Assembly (NCBI RefSeq): GCF_964355755.1 | Contig: NC_092676.1 | Span: forward strand, 1,679,788-1,743,787 | Length of the DNA stretch: 64,000 bases | Source: Antedon mediterranea | Lineage: Eukaryota; Animalia; Echinodermata | Direction of reading: 5' to 3' | Shown: positions 25,019 through 37,549 of the stretch, in pieces | Position numbering within the stretch: position 1 is the first letter of the stretch | How the letters are laid out: the number at the start of each line of letters is the position of its first letter | Position numbers and translations under genes: made by a program | Notes under the pieces: model-generated | The model's database searches: none | What the model was told of the DNA's origin: nothing | What the model saw: the letters and a program-made list of their open reading frames with translations, nothing else

Positions 25019-26015
25019 ATTATTCTGTCTTGATTGATTAAAAGAAGGAACTAGATGTCACATTGATGATAGCTATCTTACTGAATACAGTAGTTCAACT
25101 TAATTATAAAACAATAACTTTAAATCTGTAAAACAGCATTGCTTATAATGACCTGTTTTTATAATAAGAAGCACACTATATCTGCTAGTTTATTGATAAT
25201 TTATAATATAAAGTTTAGTTAATAATGATATAAAACATAATGTAGTATTAAACAATACTCTGGTATTAGACTGGTCCACTCTACACTCTCTGTGCATTGT
25301 GTTAGTATAATAATGAATACACAGTGTTAAATTGCTTTTAATATTCTGTCTTGATTGATTAAAAGAAAGAACTAGATACCACATTGATGATCTTACTGAA
25401 TACAAAATTTGAACTGTAAAACAGCAATACTTAGAATGACCCGTTGACATACAATGAAGCAGACTTTATCTACAACTTAATATAATCATTATTATATATA
25501 TCTAGTTTACTGGTACAATACAGCATTAGACCACTGGCCTACTATACACTGTCAATGTAATGTCTTAGTATTAAATAAGGATATACATTTACATATCCTT
25601 ATTTCAACTTTATACAAAAATTATTCAACATTGTTCATTAGTGTGAGTGAACTTTCTGTGTATACATAATATATAGCACTACTTAAAGTACTTTTAAGTT
25701 TGAAAACAACTTTTAAATTAAAACTGAAAGACAAACGACACGTAGAGAACGACACAATGCTCCCTTTTGTTGCAATAACACCTAGAGTGAAAAGTTTCAC
25801 TACTTTTGTTTCTTAATCTTTACAATCAGAATATTCTTTTAACTGTAGTATGAAAGAACATTTTACAAACTTAGCAGTAAAAACAAACAATACATCCTTT
25901 TTTATTTGGCATATTTCTAAATACAAAATTCAAGAGAAACTCAGGAAGCCCAAACAAAAGTTAAAATATTCTTATTGTTACATAACACGTTTCCTTATTT
26001 TATTTCAACAACACT

Positions 26016-26175
26016 TTCAGTCTCTCATTAAACTCACAATTTAGAGGTTGGATGTTCAGTCTCTCATCAAACTCACAATTTAAATGTTGGATGTTCAGTC
26101 TCTCATCAAACTCACAATTTAGACGTTGGATGTTCAGTCTCTCATCAAACTCACAATTTAGACGTTGGATGTTCA
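26016..26175. repeat. 39-bp tandem repeat (4 copies) immediately upstream of receptor copy 3
   Basis: TTCAGTCTCTCATCAAACTCACAATTTAGACGTTGGATG units. Confidence 0.9.
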
Positions 26176-26200
26176 CAAACTGCATAAACAGAAGTTGTTA

Positions 26201-27392
26201 ATGATGACTTTAAAATCGTTTAGTCTTTTGGTGATGACTTGCTTGTTGATATTCAGACATGGAGAAGCTGCTTCCAAAAGTTTGATAACATTTAACAGGG
26301 AGTATCAATACTCATCAACACATGAGGTAAACATAATAATCAAACCATCAAGTTTACAACATGATGTTCTTTCATCAGGACAAGAAATCACAATTAAATG
26401 TCAACTTTTCATTTCTTTTGATCCTCAAGTAGGAATATGCATGTCAATATTATGAATATTATTATAGACAAAGTTACGTTTTTGCAGAGGTTATAAAATC
26501 ATCCGCCTTATCTCAACCCCACTTGGTAACACTTTATTGTGACGGTTTAAGAAACATCATCAAAGGAGAGGAAGTACGCATTTCATGTGACATGAGGAAA
26601 CAATTTGACAACATCCAGTATGATGGGACGATTGGGTGGATACAAGGAAAGCACCATGTTACACAGTCTTATTATAGTGCAGATACTGACATTACAATTA
26701 ATCTGACTTTAAAAGGTTTTTATTCTGGAGAAGGGATGTTTTTCTACAGTTTTTCAGTTGAGAATACCATTAGATTCTATACAGTGGAGTTGATAGTTTA
26801 CCCTCAATTAAAAGTAGAGATTAAAAGGTTATATAAAACACCTGAAGTTGATGTGAACCAGAATTGCTTCAAGTGCTATGCAGAAGGTGGATCTATAGAC
26901 AAAACAATTTATGATTGGAGTTTGAGAGGAGAGGAATCTCAGTATCTGTATTACAATGAAACCAATGAAATGTGTTTTAGAAAGTTACCAGCTGGTAACT
27001 ACACTGTGAAGTGCCTGGTGAGTACTGAAGTTCAAACCAGATCTGATGAGTTAACATTCATAACTGAAGATGCAATGAGAAGAGACATCATATTTACTTC
27101 ATCTCAAAATGACAATAATGCATTACCAAAAGAAACCATGGCAACTAATAATAAAATAATCATAATCCTGGCAATAAGTAATATCATGATGGTGATGATT
27201 GCACTAAGTGTAATTGTGGTGTGTTGTTACAAACGTAAGAAACACAGAAACAGACCACAACCTGTTGTGTACTATCAAAGAAACAGGGACTCATCTGGAA
27301 GTGAATATTCTGACGTTTTACAGATCGACATGGATGAACCGATATATTATGCAATTAAAGATACAGTAGAAATTGCGGAAAATGTATTCTAA
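26201..27392 (+). pseudogene. Receptor copy 3, 2-nt deletion near 26438
   Basis: GGAATATGCATGT here versus GGAATATACGCATGT in paralogs; downstream frame open to 27392. Confidence 0.85.
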
Positions 27393-29020
27393 TGGTTGAT
27401 TTTCCGGCTCGAAAACCTTTTGTACTTTTGGGAGAGGGAAAATATATGTAACTATAGCAAACATCATCAGCACTTGGATGAGACAAATGATCATGATTGG
27501 TGTTCTGCTTTAGGGCTCCCATGGCAGAATTAAATGCAACTTATTCTTTTAAAAAAATTGTTTTTAAATGTGTACTTTAAAAAAAAATTTACACTTTTCC
27601 AACCTCAAAACTTTAAATAAATAACTTTAAATTGCATAAATAGTCTTTATTAAAATCATTCCAAAGGAAAACCTTAGTTTATAAGCATGATCAAATGTAA
27701 AATAGTTTATCCATTCCTTACTAAAACAAATTTTAGTAATGATAATTTTATCCATAATATTCAGAACATGCATCTATAGAAATATTGACAATTTCTTACT
27801 GTGAGTGTGGGTACTGTTAGATATATAAACACATAAATATACAAATAAACTTATTACTGATAGTTGCTTGTCAACATTTGTATTAATTAGTCATTTTTAA
27901 AAATCTAAACGTCGTAGTGATGTATCTTTACATATGTACTTTACTATTTCAATCGACTATGAAAGTGACAGTTCAACAAAAGTATTAAATCATCATTAGT
28001 GGTATATTATTTATAAATCATGAAAACAAATATTTCAATACTGAGTGGATAAAAGAATATATTTATAAATTGTTTCTCTTTGCACCCATCCTCTTACCTA
28101 TTCCTGGCTCAACCCTAATGTTACATACAAAACAAAAATTTGGTTTGTTTAAATTTTCTGACAAGTTTTTTCTTTCAGAAGTGATTCTCAGGGTGCTAAT
28201 TTTAATTGACTACATTCGAATCAGTGTCTATTTATTTGTTCCTGTAAACTACATGTATTTTATAGTCCTGCGGTATACGTACATTTGAAATTTCTTTTTT
28301 GAATTTTTTTTTTAATATTCTAAAACCATCTGTTGGCACGACCTCTAGTAGTTATCTAATTTGACCAAAAAATTGGATCGAGAAAAAAAATGTATTTACC
28401 TGAAAAAAAATGTAATTGAAAGCAAAAAATGGTCAAATTGGCTGCCAGGCAATGGGGTTTTGGTTGAATTTAACCATTCATTTTGTCATTTTATAAGTGA
28501 AAACATATTTTTTATTTTTCTTGTACGGAAGAGATTAACTTTATTAAAACTACAACATAACATATTCAAAGTCTGATTTTAATTCATCTTCATGTTTCAT
28601 GTTCAAATTCAATGAGCAATTGTATTTACTGTAGTGTATGGGTGATGATTTTACTAAAGTGTCAACACCTTTTTGCTATATCATAACAATAATATTTTCT
28701 ATACGTCAACAAAAGATATTTTTCTATTTCCTCAAACAAGGAATAGAAACTCTCTCTTAATCTTTACAATGAGCAATTGTATTTACTGAAGACTATGGGT
28801 GATGATTTTACAAAAATAGTAGGACAAACCAAAACACTATAAAACTAAAGTGTCATGAACTATGTTTACTTTTGTCACATCATAACAATAACATTTCCTA
28901 TACAACATATTATATTTCTTCCTTTTCCTCAAACAAGGAATAATAAAGACTCTAGTCTCTGACTAAATTAGAAAGTTGGATTTTCACAACTGAACAACAC
29001 ACAAAAAGAATGTTATAAAG

Positions 29021-30064
29021 ATGACTTTGAAAATTGTTAATCTGTTGGTGATGACCTGCTTGTTGATATTCACACATGGAGGAGCTACAAGAAGTTTAGT
29101 AATATTTCAAGCTAAGTTTCACTACTCATCAACAAGTAAGGTATACATTACAATCACACCAGTAATGAAACAACAGAAGGTTAATCGTTCAGGAAAATTG
29201 ACACGAGTTAGATGTCCACTTTTCATTTCGTTTGGTTCTAATCAAGGAATATACGCATGTTACTTTGATGATAATACTCAATATACTCTTTATACATCGT
29301 CGGGTGTGACATATACCACATCTCAACCAGATCTTGTAAAACTCTATTGTGACGGATTGAGAAACATCGTTGAAGGCGAGGAAGTAGACATTTCATGTGA
29401 CTTGATCAGAAAAGATGACAACATACAATATGAAGTGACAACTATTTGGGCTCAAGGAAAGCACAACATTACACAGATTCATCGTGTAGATACTAACATT
29501 ACAATTATTCAGACTCTTAATGGTTTTCATTCTGGAGAAGGGGTATTTTTTTACTGTATTTCATTGGAGAATAGCATTAATTGCTATAGATTCACTATGA
29601 CAGTTTATCCCCAATTAATGGTAGAGGTCACAAGGGTATATGAAAACTCTGAAGTTGATGTGAACCAGAATTGTTTCAAGTGTTATGCAGAAGGTGGATC
29701 TGGTAAGATAATTTATAATTGGAGTTTGAATGGAGACGAATTGCAGTATTATTTCTATGAAACTGATGAAAGATGCTTTCGTAATTTACCAGCTGGTAAC
29801 TACACTGTGAAGTGTCTGGTGAGTACTGATGTCCAGAACAGATCTGATGAGATAGCATTCACAATCAAAGATGACATGTTAAGAGATAAAATGGCAACTA
29901 ATAAAATAACCATAATCCTGGCAACAAGTAATATCATACTGATCATTGCACTTGTGTGTGTTGTATGTTATGACAAACTTAAGAAGAAACATGACAACGC
30001 ACCACAACCTGCTGTGTACTATCAAATAAACGGGGATTCAACTCGTACGTATGAATTCTTCTGA
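29021..30064 (+). CDS. Receptor copy 4 (intact, 347 aa), short stalk, short tail ending TYEFF
   Basis: Same architecture as copy 1; lacks the SEYSDV and EPIY motifs. Confidence 0.9.
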   Translation: MTLKIVNLLVMTCLLIFTHGGATRSLVIFQAKFHYSSTSKVYITITPVMKQQKVNRSGKLTRVRCPLFISFGSNQGIYACYFDDNTQYTLYTSSGVTYTTSQPDLVKLYCDGLRNIVEGEEVDISCDLIRKDDNIQYEVTTIWAQGKHNITQIHRVDTNITIIQTLNGFHSGEGVFFYCISLENSINCYRFTMTVYPQLMVEVTRVYENSEVDVNQNCFKCYAEGGSGKIIYNWSLNGDELQYYFYETDERCFRNLPAGNYTVKCLVSTDVQNRSDEIAFTIKDDMLRDKMATNKITIILATSNIILIIALVCVVCYDKLKKKHDNAPQPAVYYQINGDSTRTYEFF

Positions 30065-31260
30065 CATTAGTTACTATACAATGGATGCACCAAAACATGG
30101 TGCAAATGCCTATGATTGATAATAGACTGATTAAAAACAATGAGTACAGTCATGACATTTTGAGCATGTCAAAAATTCCCACGCGCGCGAAAAAAATTAC
30201 GCGTATGGTGCGCACGGACAATTTATATGCATTATCTATATTACAGAACAATCAGAAAGTGCTTCTTTTTTATTTCAAATAAAAAGCATGCATTTGAATA
30301 CCAATTTGTGTTTACACTTTGATATCATAATCAATAGAAAATGTTTATAATAACCAATTATAAAGCCCACCATTTTGATTGTTTTGACACTCAAAAAGCA
30401 TTAAACAGATAACACATGGTGTTAAATTGTTTTTAGTCGTGTGCAAACGCGACTATAGCTCACTATGTCGGTCGGTAGGTCGGTAAACACTAACTCCAAT
30501 TTGCGCACGTGACTGTAGCCATGTATATGGCCTTGTTATTATTCTGTCTTGATTCATTAAAAGAAGGAACTAGATGTCACATTGATGATAGCTATCTTAC
30601 TGAATACAGTAGTTCAACTTAATTATAAAACAATAACTTTAAATCTGTAAAACAGCATTGCTTATAATGACCTGTTTTTATAATAAGAAGCACACTATAT
30701 CTGCTAGTTTATTGATAATGTATAATATAAAGTTTAGTTAATAATGATATAAAACATAATGTAGTATTAAACAATACTCTGGTATTAGACTGGTCCACTC
30801 TACACTCTCTGTGCATTGTGTTAGTATAATAATGAATACACAGTGTTAAATTGCTTTTAATATTCTGTCTTGATTGATTAAAAGAAAGAACTAGATACCA
30901 CATTGATGATCTTACTGAATACAAAATTTGTTTTGTAAAACAGCAATACTTAGAATGACCCGTTGACATACAATGAAGCAGACTTTATCTACAACTTAAT
31001 ATAATCATTATTATATATATCTAGTTTACTGGTACAGTACAGCATTAGACCACTGGCCTACTCTACACTGTTAATGTAATGTCTTAGTATTAATAAGGAT
31101 ATACATTTACATATCCTTATTTCAACTTTATAAAAAAATTATTCAACATTGTTCATTAGTGTGAGTGAACTTTCTGTGTATACATAATATATAGCACTAC
31201 TTAAAGTACTTTTAAGTTTGAAAACAACTTTTAAATTAAAACTGAAAGACAAACATTGTA
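29610..31260 (+). repeat. Near-identical duplication of ~24090-25740 (offset 5519)
   Basis: Matching ORFs 24566/30085 and 25190/30709; shared HINE insertion. Confidence 0.9.
30430..30537 (+). mobile_element. HINE-like element (duplicate of 24911-25018)
   Basis: Same sequence inside the duplicated block. Confidence 0.65.
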
Positions 31261-31613
31261 GACAACAACACAATGCTCCCTTTTGTTGCAATAACCTAGA
31301 ATGAAATATTTTAACTACTTTTGTTTCTTAATCTTTACAATGAGAATATTCGTTTAACTGTAGTTTGAATGAACATTTTACAAACGTAGTGGTAAAAACA
31401 ACACATCCTTTTTGGCATATTTCCAAATTTCCTGTATACAAAATTCAAGAGAAACTTAGGAAACCCAAACAAAAGTTAAAATATCCTTATTGTTAAATCA
31501 AACATGATTCCTTATTTTATTTCAACTCACTAAACACAAACAACACTTTCAGTCTCTCATCAAATTCACAATTTAGAGGTTGGATGTTCACAAACTGCAT
31601 AAACAGAAGTTGT

Positions 31614-32750
31614 ATGATGACTTTAAATTTGTATATTCTTTTGGTGGTGACTTGCTTGTTGATATTCAGACATGGAGGAGCTTCAAGAAGTTTGGTAACA
31701 TTTGATGCTAAGTTTCACTACTCATCAACAAGTAAGGTAAACATTACAATCACACCATCAAGTAAACAACAGAATGTTACTCGTTCTGGAAAATCTATGA
31801 TACTTAAATGTCCACTTTTCTTTTCGTTTGGTTCTAATCAGGGAATATACGCATGTGAATATGATAATTCTCAATATACTATTTATACATCAGATGTAAC
31901 ATTGACCAAATCTCAACCAGAACTTGTAAAACTCTATTGTGACGGTTTGAGAGACATCGCTGAAGGAGAGGAAGTACACATTTCATGTGATTTGATCAGA
32001 AAAGATGACAAAATCCAATATGAAGTGACAATTGGTTGGATCCAAGGAAAGCACAACATCACACAGTATCATCAAGCAGATACTAACATTACAATTGATC
32101 TGACTATAAAAGGTTTTTATTCTGGAGAAGGAGTATTTTACTACTGTATTTCAACTCAGAATAACATTAACTGCTATAAATTGGAATTAATGGTTTACCG
32201 TCAATTAAAGGTAGAGGTTAAGAGGTTGCATGTAATACCTGAAGTTGATGTGAACCAGAATTGCTTCAAGTGCTATGCAGAAGGTGGATCTGGTGGCACA
32301 ACAATTTATAATTGGAGTTTGAATGGAGAGTCCCAGTATCAGTATTATGACAATGATGAAAGGTGCTTTGGTAATTTACCAGCTGGTAACTACACTGTTA
32401 AGTGTCTGGTGAGTACTGATGTTCAGAGAAGATCTGATGAGATAACATTAACAATTAAGGATGCCATAACAACAGACACAATGACAACATCTCAAAATAT
32501 CAATTATGTCATCCCAACAGAAACAATGACAACTAATGAAAAAATCATAATCTTGGCAACAAGTAATATCATGATGGTGATGATTGCACTAAGTGTAAGT
32601 GTGGTGTGTTGTTACAAACGTAAGAAACACAGAAACAGACCACAACCTGTTGTGTACTACCAAAGAAACAGGGACTCATCTGGAAGTGAATATTCTGATG
32701 ATCTACAGATCGACATGAATGAACCGATATATCACGCAATAACACAGTAG
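31614..32750 (+). CDS. Receptor copy 5 (intact, 378 aa)
   Basis: Start MMTLNL chosen by homology; D2, D3 and tail nearly identical to copy 1; tail SEYSDDL...EPIYHAI. Confidence 0.9.
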   Translation: MMTLNLYILLVVTCLLIFRHGGASRSLVTFDAKFHYSSTSKVNITITPSSKQQNVTRSGKSMILKCPLFFSFGSNQGIYACEYDNSQYTIYTSDVTLTKSQPELVKLYCDGLRDIAEGEEVHISCDLIRKDDKIQYEVTIGWIQGKHNITQYHQADTNITIDLTIKGFYSGEGVFYYCISTQNNINCYKLELMVYRQLKVEVKRLHVIPEVDVNQNCFKCYAEGGSGGTTIYNWSLNGESQYQYYDNDERCFGNLPAGNYTVKCLVSTDVQRRSDEITLTIKDAITTDTMTTSQNINYVIPTETMTTNEKIIILATSNIMMVMIALSVSVVCCYKRKKHRNRPQPVVYYQRNRDSSGSEYSDDLQIDMNEPIYHAITQ

Positions 32751-33919
32751 AACTTGTGGACAACGTTTTCAGGTTCCGGTGATTTCAGATGATGCAAACC
32801 AATTTTTAGTTTTGCTTTGGCAGAGGAAAAAACTATATGTACTATAGCATACATCATCAACACTCGGATGAGACAATGATCACGATTGGTGTTCCGCTGT
32901 GGGCTTTGCAAGGCAGAATTTATGAAACTGAAACTTATTCTTACAAACATTTTTTTTTAATGTGTGTAAACTTTTTTTAACCTCAATATACGGCTAATAT
33001 AAGAAGGTTGATTTAAGAAGGGACAGTATCCTAGTAAATTAGTAACTTTAATTAACTAACTTTATACTGCATAGTTTTTAGTAAAATCATTCCAAGGGAA
33101 AGACTGCTTAACATTTAACTATAACACTACTATACATTTTAAAATTTATATGTACTACGGTATATATATATTAATATTATAAAATACAGTAAAAAACATA
33201 TGTTTTTATTCAGATTAAAAAGCATGCATTTATATAAATTTGTTTTTACACTTGACTGATGTTAAGTTTGAGTATCTCATAATAATAGGCAATGTTTAAA
33301 ACCAATTTTAAAGCCCACCATTTTAATTGTTGTTGGTTTTGACACTCAAAAGAATTACATAGATGAATACAGTGTTAAATTGTTTTTTATTAATTCTCTT
33401 TTGAATTATTAAAAGAAGGAACTAGATGCCACATTGATGATAGCTGAAAACAGTATTTCAACTTAATTATAAAGCAATTTAAATCTGTAAACAGCTTTGC
33501 TTTGCGTTGACATACAAAGAAGCACACTTAAAATTATGATCATTATAAAAAATATTAGTTTGTATAAAAGTTTACTTACAAAATACAGTAATATTAACGT
33601 TTTAAAAAATACGTTGTGTATGAAGCATATAATAATAAAAAAATTAAACTATTTATCAATGTAGAGTTAACTCTCAACACACACAAGTTTTTAATCAATC
33701 TTGTACATGTCATATATTATTTTATTTTATATCTTAACTTGTAATCATATATTAAATATGTCATATTGAATGAATGAATTGAATTTACCTAATGTTATTT
33801 ATTTCTGTCATTAGTTACCATACTTTCTCTCATAACAACATTTTCCTGTCAAAAAAAACACAATTTAAATTGAATACTGTACATAGGCACTCAATACTCA
33901 AAAGCAAAAAAATTATAAT

Positions 33920-35810
33920 AATAAACATACGTCTATGGAAACTTTAATAAAACATGCGTCTATGGAAACTTTAATAAAACATGCCTCTATGGAACCTTTA
34001 ATAAAACATGCGTCTGTGGAACCTTTAATAAAACATGCGTCTATGGAAACTTTAATAAAACATGCGTCTATGGAAACTTTAATAAAACATGCGTCTATAG
34101 AACCTTTAATAAAACATGTGTCTATGGAACCTTTAATAAAACATGCGTCTGTCGAACCTTTAATAAAACATGCGTCTATGGAATCTTTAATAAAACATGC
34201 GTCTATGGAAACTTTAAGAAACTTTAATAAAACATGCGTCTATGGAACCTTTAATAAAACATGCGTTTATAGAACCTTTAATAAAACATGCGTCTATGGA
34301 AACTTTAATAAAACATGCGTCTATGGAACCTTTAATAAAACATGCGTCTATGGAAACTTTAATAAAACATGCGTCTATGGAAACTTTAATAAAACATGCG
34401 TCTATAGAACCTTTAATAAAACATGCGTCTATGGAACCTTTAATAAAACATGCGTCTGTCGAACCTTTAATAAAACATGCGTCTATGGAAACTTTAATAA
34501 AACATGCGTCTATGGAAACTTTAATAAACATGCGTCTATGGAAACTTTAATAAAACATGCGTCTATGGAACCTTTAATAAAACATGCGTCTATGGAAACT
34601 TTAATAAAACATGCGTCTATGGAACCTTTAATAAAACATGCGTCTATGGAACCTTTAATAAACATGCGTCTATGGAAACTTTAATAAAACATGCGTCTAT
34701 GGAACCTTTAATAAAACATGCGTCTATTGAATCTTTAATAAAACATGCGTCTATGGAACCTTTAATAAAACATGCGTCTATGGAACCTTTAATAAAACAT
34801 GCGTCTATTGAATCTTTAATAAAACATGCGTCTATGGAACCTTTAATAAACATGCGTCTATGGAACCTTTAATAAAACATGCGTCTATGGAAACTTTAAT
34901 AAAACATGCGTCTATGGAACCTTTAATAAAACATGCGTCTATGGAAACTTTAATAAACATGCGTCTATGGAACCTTTAATAAAACATGTGTCTATGGAAC
35001 CTTTAATAAAACATGCGTCTATGGAACCTTTAATAAAACATGCGTCTATGGAACCTTTAATAAAACATGCGTCTATTGAATCTTTAATAAAACATGCGTC
35101 TATGGAACCTTTAATAAAACATGCGTCTATGGAAACTTAAATAAAACATGCGTCTATGGAACCTTTAATCAAACATGCGTCTATGGAACCTTTAATAAAC
35201 ATGCGTTTATAGAACCTTTAATAAAACATGCGTCTATGGAACCTTTAATAAAACATGCGTCTATTGAAGCTTTAATAATAATAATAATAAATAACATTTA
35301 TAAAGCGCAAGAGACAAAGGTTTCAAAGCGCTGTGTTTTCCAAGATCAGTGCAAGTAGTAGCGTGCGATTATGCTTCTCTGAAGAGATGAGTTTTGAGTT
35401 TAGTTTTAAATGTGATAACAGATTTTGATGAGCGTATTTCGAGTGGTAGAGTGTTCCAGAGTTTTGGGGCTGCGACAGCGAAAGCACGATCACCGTAAAA
35501 CCGAGTTCTGGAACGGGGTCCAGGTTTTAGAAGAAGTCTGCTGGATGAACGAAGCGAAGAGTTGGTTGACGGAGTAATGATGTCACATATGTAGGCTGGA
35601 GCACATCCGTTGATGGTTTTGATAATAAAATATGCGTCTATGGAACCTTTAATAAAACATGCATCTATGGAAACTTTAATAAAACATGCTTCTATGGAAC
35701 CTTTTATAAAACATGCGTCTATGGAACCTTTAATAAAACATGCGTCTATGGAATCTTTAATAAAACATGCGTCTATGGAACCTTTAATAAAACATGCGTC
35801 TATGGAACCT
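33920..35810. repeat. 27-bp minisatellite (TAATAAAACATGCGTCTATGGAACCTT), ~57 copies, interrupted by a LINE fragment
   Basis: Direct tandem repeat without spacers; explains the 9-aa periodic ORFs. Confidence 0.97.
35272..35621 (-). mobile_element. 5'-truncated L2/CR1-group LINE 3' end
   Basis: YGDRAFAVAAPKLWNTLPLEIR..FKTKLKTHLF*, short 3' UTR, (TTA)n tail. Confidence 0.9.
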
Positions 35811-36233
35811 GGTCCAGTTTCAGGAAAATCGACTTTAAACACTATTATTCGACATTGTTTCTAAAAGTTCATTAGTTGTTAGTGTGAGTGAACTTTCTGT
35901 GCATACATAATATTATATAGAACTCCTTAAAGTACTTTTAAGTTTGAAACAACATGCTCCCTGTTGTTGCAATAACAACACCTAGAGTGAAGACTTTCAC
36001 TACTTTTGTTTCTTAATCTTTACAATCTGAATATTCATTTAACTGTAGTTTGATTGAACATTTTACAAACGTAGCGGTAAACACAAACAATCTACACATC
36101 CTTTTTGGCACTTTACAAATTTCCTGTATACAAAATTAAAGAGAAACTCAGGAAACCCAAACAAAAGTTAAAATATCCTTATTGTTAAATCAAACATGAT
36201 TCCTTAATTTATTTCAACTCACTAAACAACACT

Positions 36234-36354
36234 TTCAGTCTCTCATTAAACTCACAATTTAGAGGTTGGATGTTCAGTCTCTCATCTAACTCACAATTTA
36301 GACGTTGGGTGTTCAGTCTCTCATCTAATTCACAATTTAGAGGTTGGATGTTCA
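36234..36354. repeat. 39-bp tandem repeat (3 copies) upstream of receptor copy 6
   Basis: Same unit as 26016-26175. Confidence 0.85.
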
Positions 36355-36379
36355 CAAACTGCATAAACAGAAGTTGTTA

Positions 36380-37549
36380 ATGATGACTTTAAATTTGTTT
36401 AGTCTTTTGTTGACCTGCTTGTTGATAATCAGATATGGAGAAGCTGCTTCCAAAAGTTTGATAATATTTAACGGAGAGTATCAATACTCATCAACACAAG
36501 AGGTAAACTTTACAATCACACCATCAAGTATAGAACATCAAGTTCGTTCATCAGGAAAAAGAATCACAACTAAATGTCAACTTTTCATTTCTTTTGATCC
36601 TCATTTTGGAATACACATATGTCAATATTATAAATATTATTATAGACAAAGTTACGTTACTCCAAAGGATATAATATTATCCCCCATACCTCAGCCACAC
36701 TTGGTAACACTTTATTGTGAAGGTTTAAGAAACATCATCAAAGGAGAGGAAGTACGCATTTCATGTGACATGAGGAAACAATTTGACAACATCCAGTATG
36801 ATGGGACAATTGGTTGGATACAAGGAAAGCACCATGTTACACAGTCTTATTATAGTGCAGATACTGACATTACAATTAATCTGACTTTAAAAGGTTTTTA
36901 TTCTGGAGAAGGGATGTTTTTCTACAGTTTTTCAGTTGAGAATACCGTTAGATTCTATACAGTGGAATTGATGGTTTACCCTCGATTAATGGTAGAGGTC
37001 AAAAGGTTATATGAAACACCTGAAGTTGATGTGAGCAAGTGTTTCAAGTGTTTTGCAGAAAGTGGATCTATAGACAAAACAACTTATAATTGGAGTTTGA
37101 ATGGAATGGAATCTCAGAATCAGGATTACAAGGAAACCAATGAAAAATGTTTTAGTAATTTAACAGCTGGTGACTACACTGTGAAGTGTCTGGTGAGTAC
37201 TGATATACAGAGCAGATCAGATGATATAATTTTCAAAATTGAAGATGCCAGGCTAATGATGACAACACCTCAAGATATCACTAATGATACCATGTCAACA
37301 GATAAAAAAACAACATTCAATAAACTGATTATAACACTGGTAACAAGTACAATAATGATTGCACTTGTGTGTATGGTGTGTTATTATATTAAGAAGAAAT
37401 ACAACAACAGACCACAACCTGTTGTGTACTATCAAAGAAAGAGAGACTCATCTGGAAGTGAATATTCAGCAGATGAAGAGATCAACTTGGATGAACCAAT
37501 TTATGATGCAATTAATGATACAGAAGAACTTGCTGAAACTGCAGTTTAA
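36380..37549 (+). CDS. Receptor copy 6 (intact, 389 aa), D2 lacks two cysteines
   Basis: Start MMTLNL chosen by homology; tail SEYSADEEINLDEPIYDAI. Confidence 0.9.
   Translation: MMTLNLFSLLLTCLLIIRYGEAASKSLIIFNGEYQYSSTQEVNFTITPSSIEHQVRSSGKRITTKCQLFISFDPHFGIHICQYYKYYYRQSYVTPKDIILSPIPQPHLVTLYCEGLRNIIKGEEVRISCDMRKQFDNIQYDGTIGWIQGKHHVTQSYYSADTDITINLTLKGFYSGEGMFFYSFSVENTVRFYTVELMVYPRLMVEVKRLYETPEVDVSKCFKCFAESGSIDKTTYNWSLNGMESQNQDYKETNEKCFSNLTAGDYTVKCLVSTDIQSRSDDIIFKIEDARLMMTTPQDITNDTMSTDKKTTFNKLIITLVTSTIMIALVCMVCYYIKKKYNNRPQPVVYYQRKRDSSGSEYSADEEINLDEPIYDAINDTEELAETAV

Noticed and set aside
33920-35810. CRISPR-like array or repeat protein (METLIKHAS)n
   Set aside because: Units are contiguous with no unique spacers, there are no cas genes, the context is eukaryotic, and ORFs break at 26-bp units
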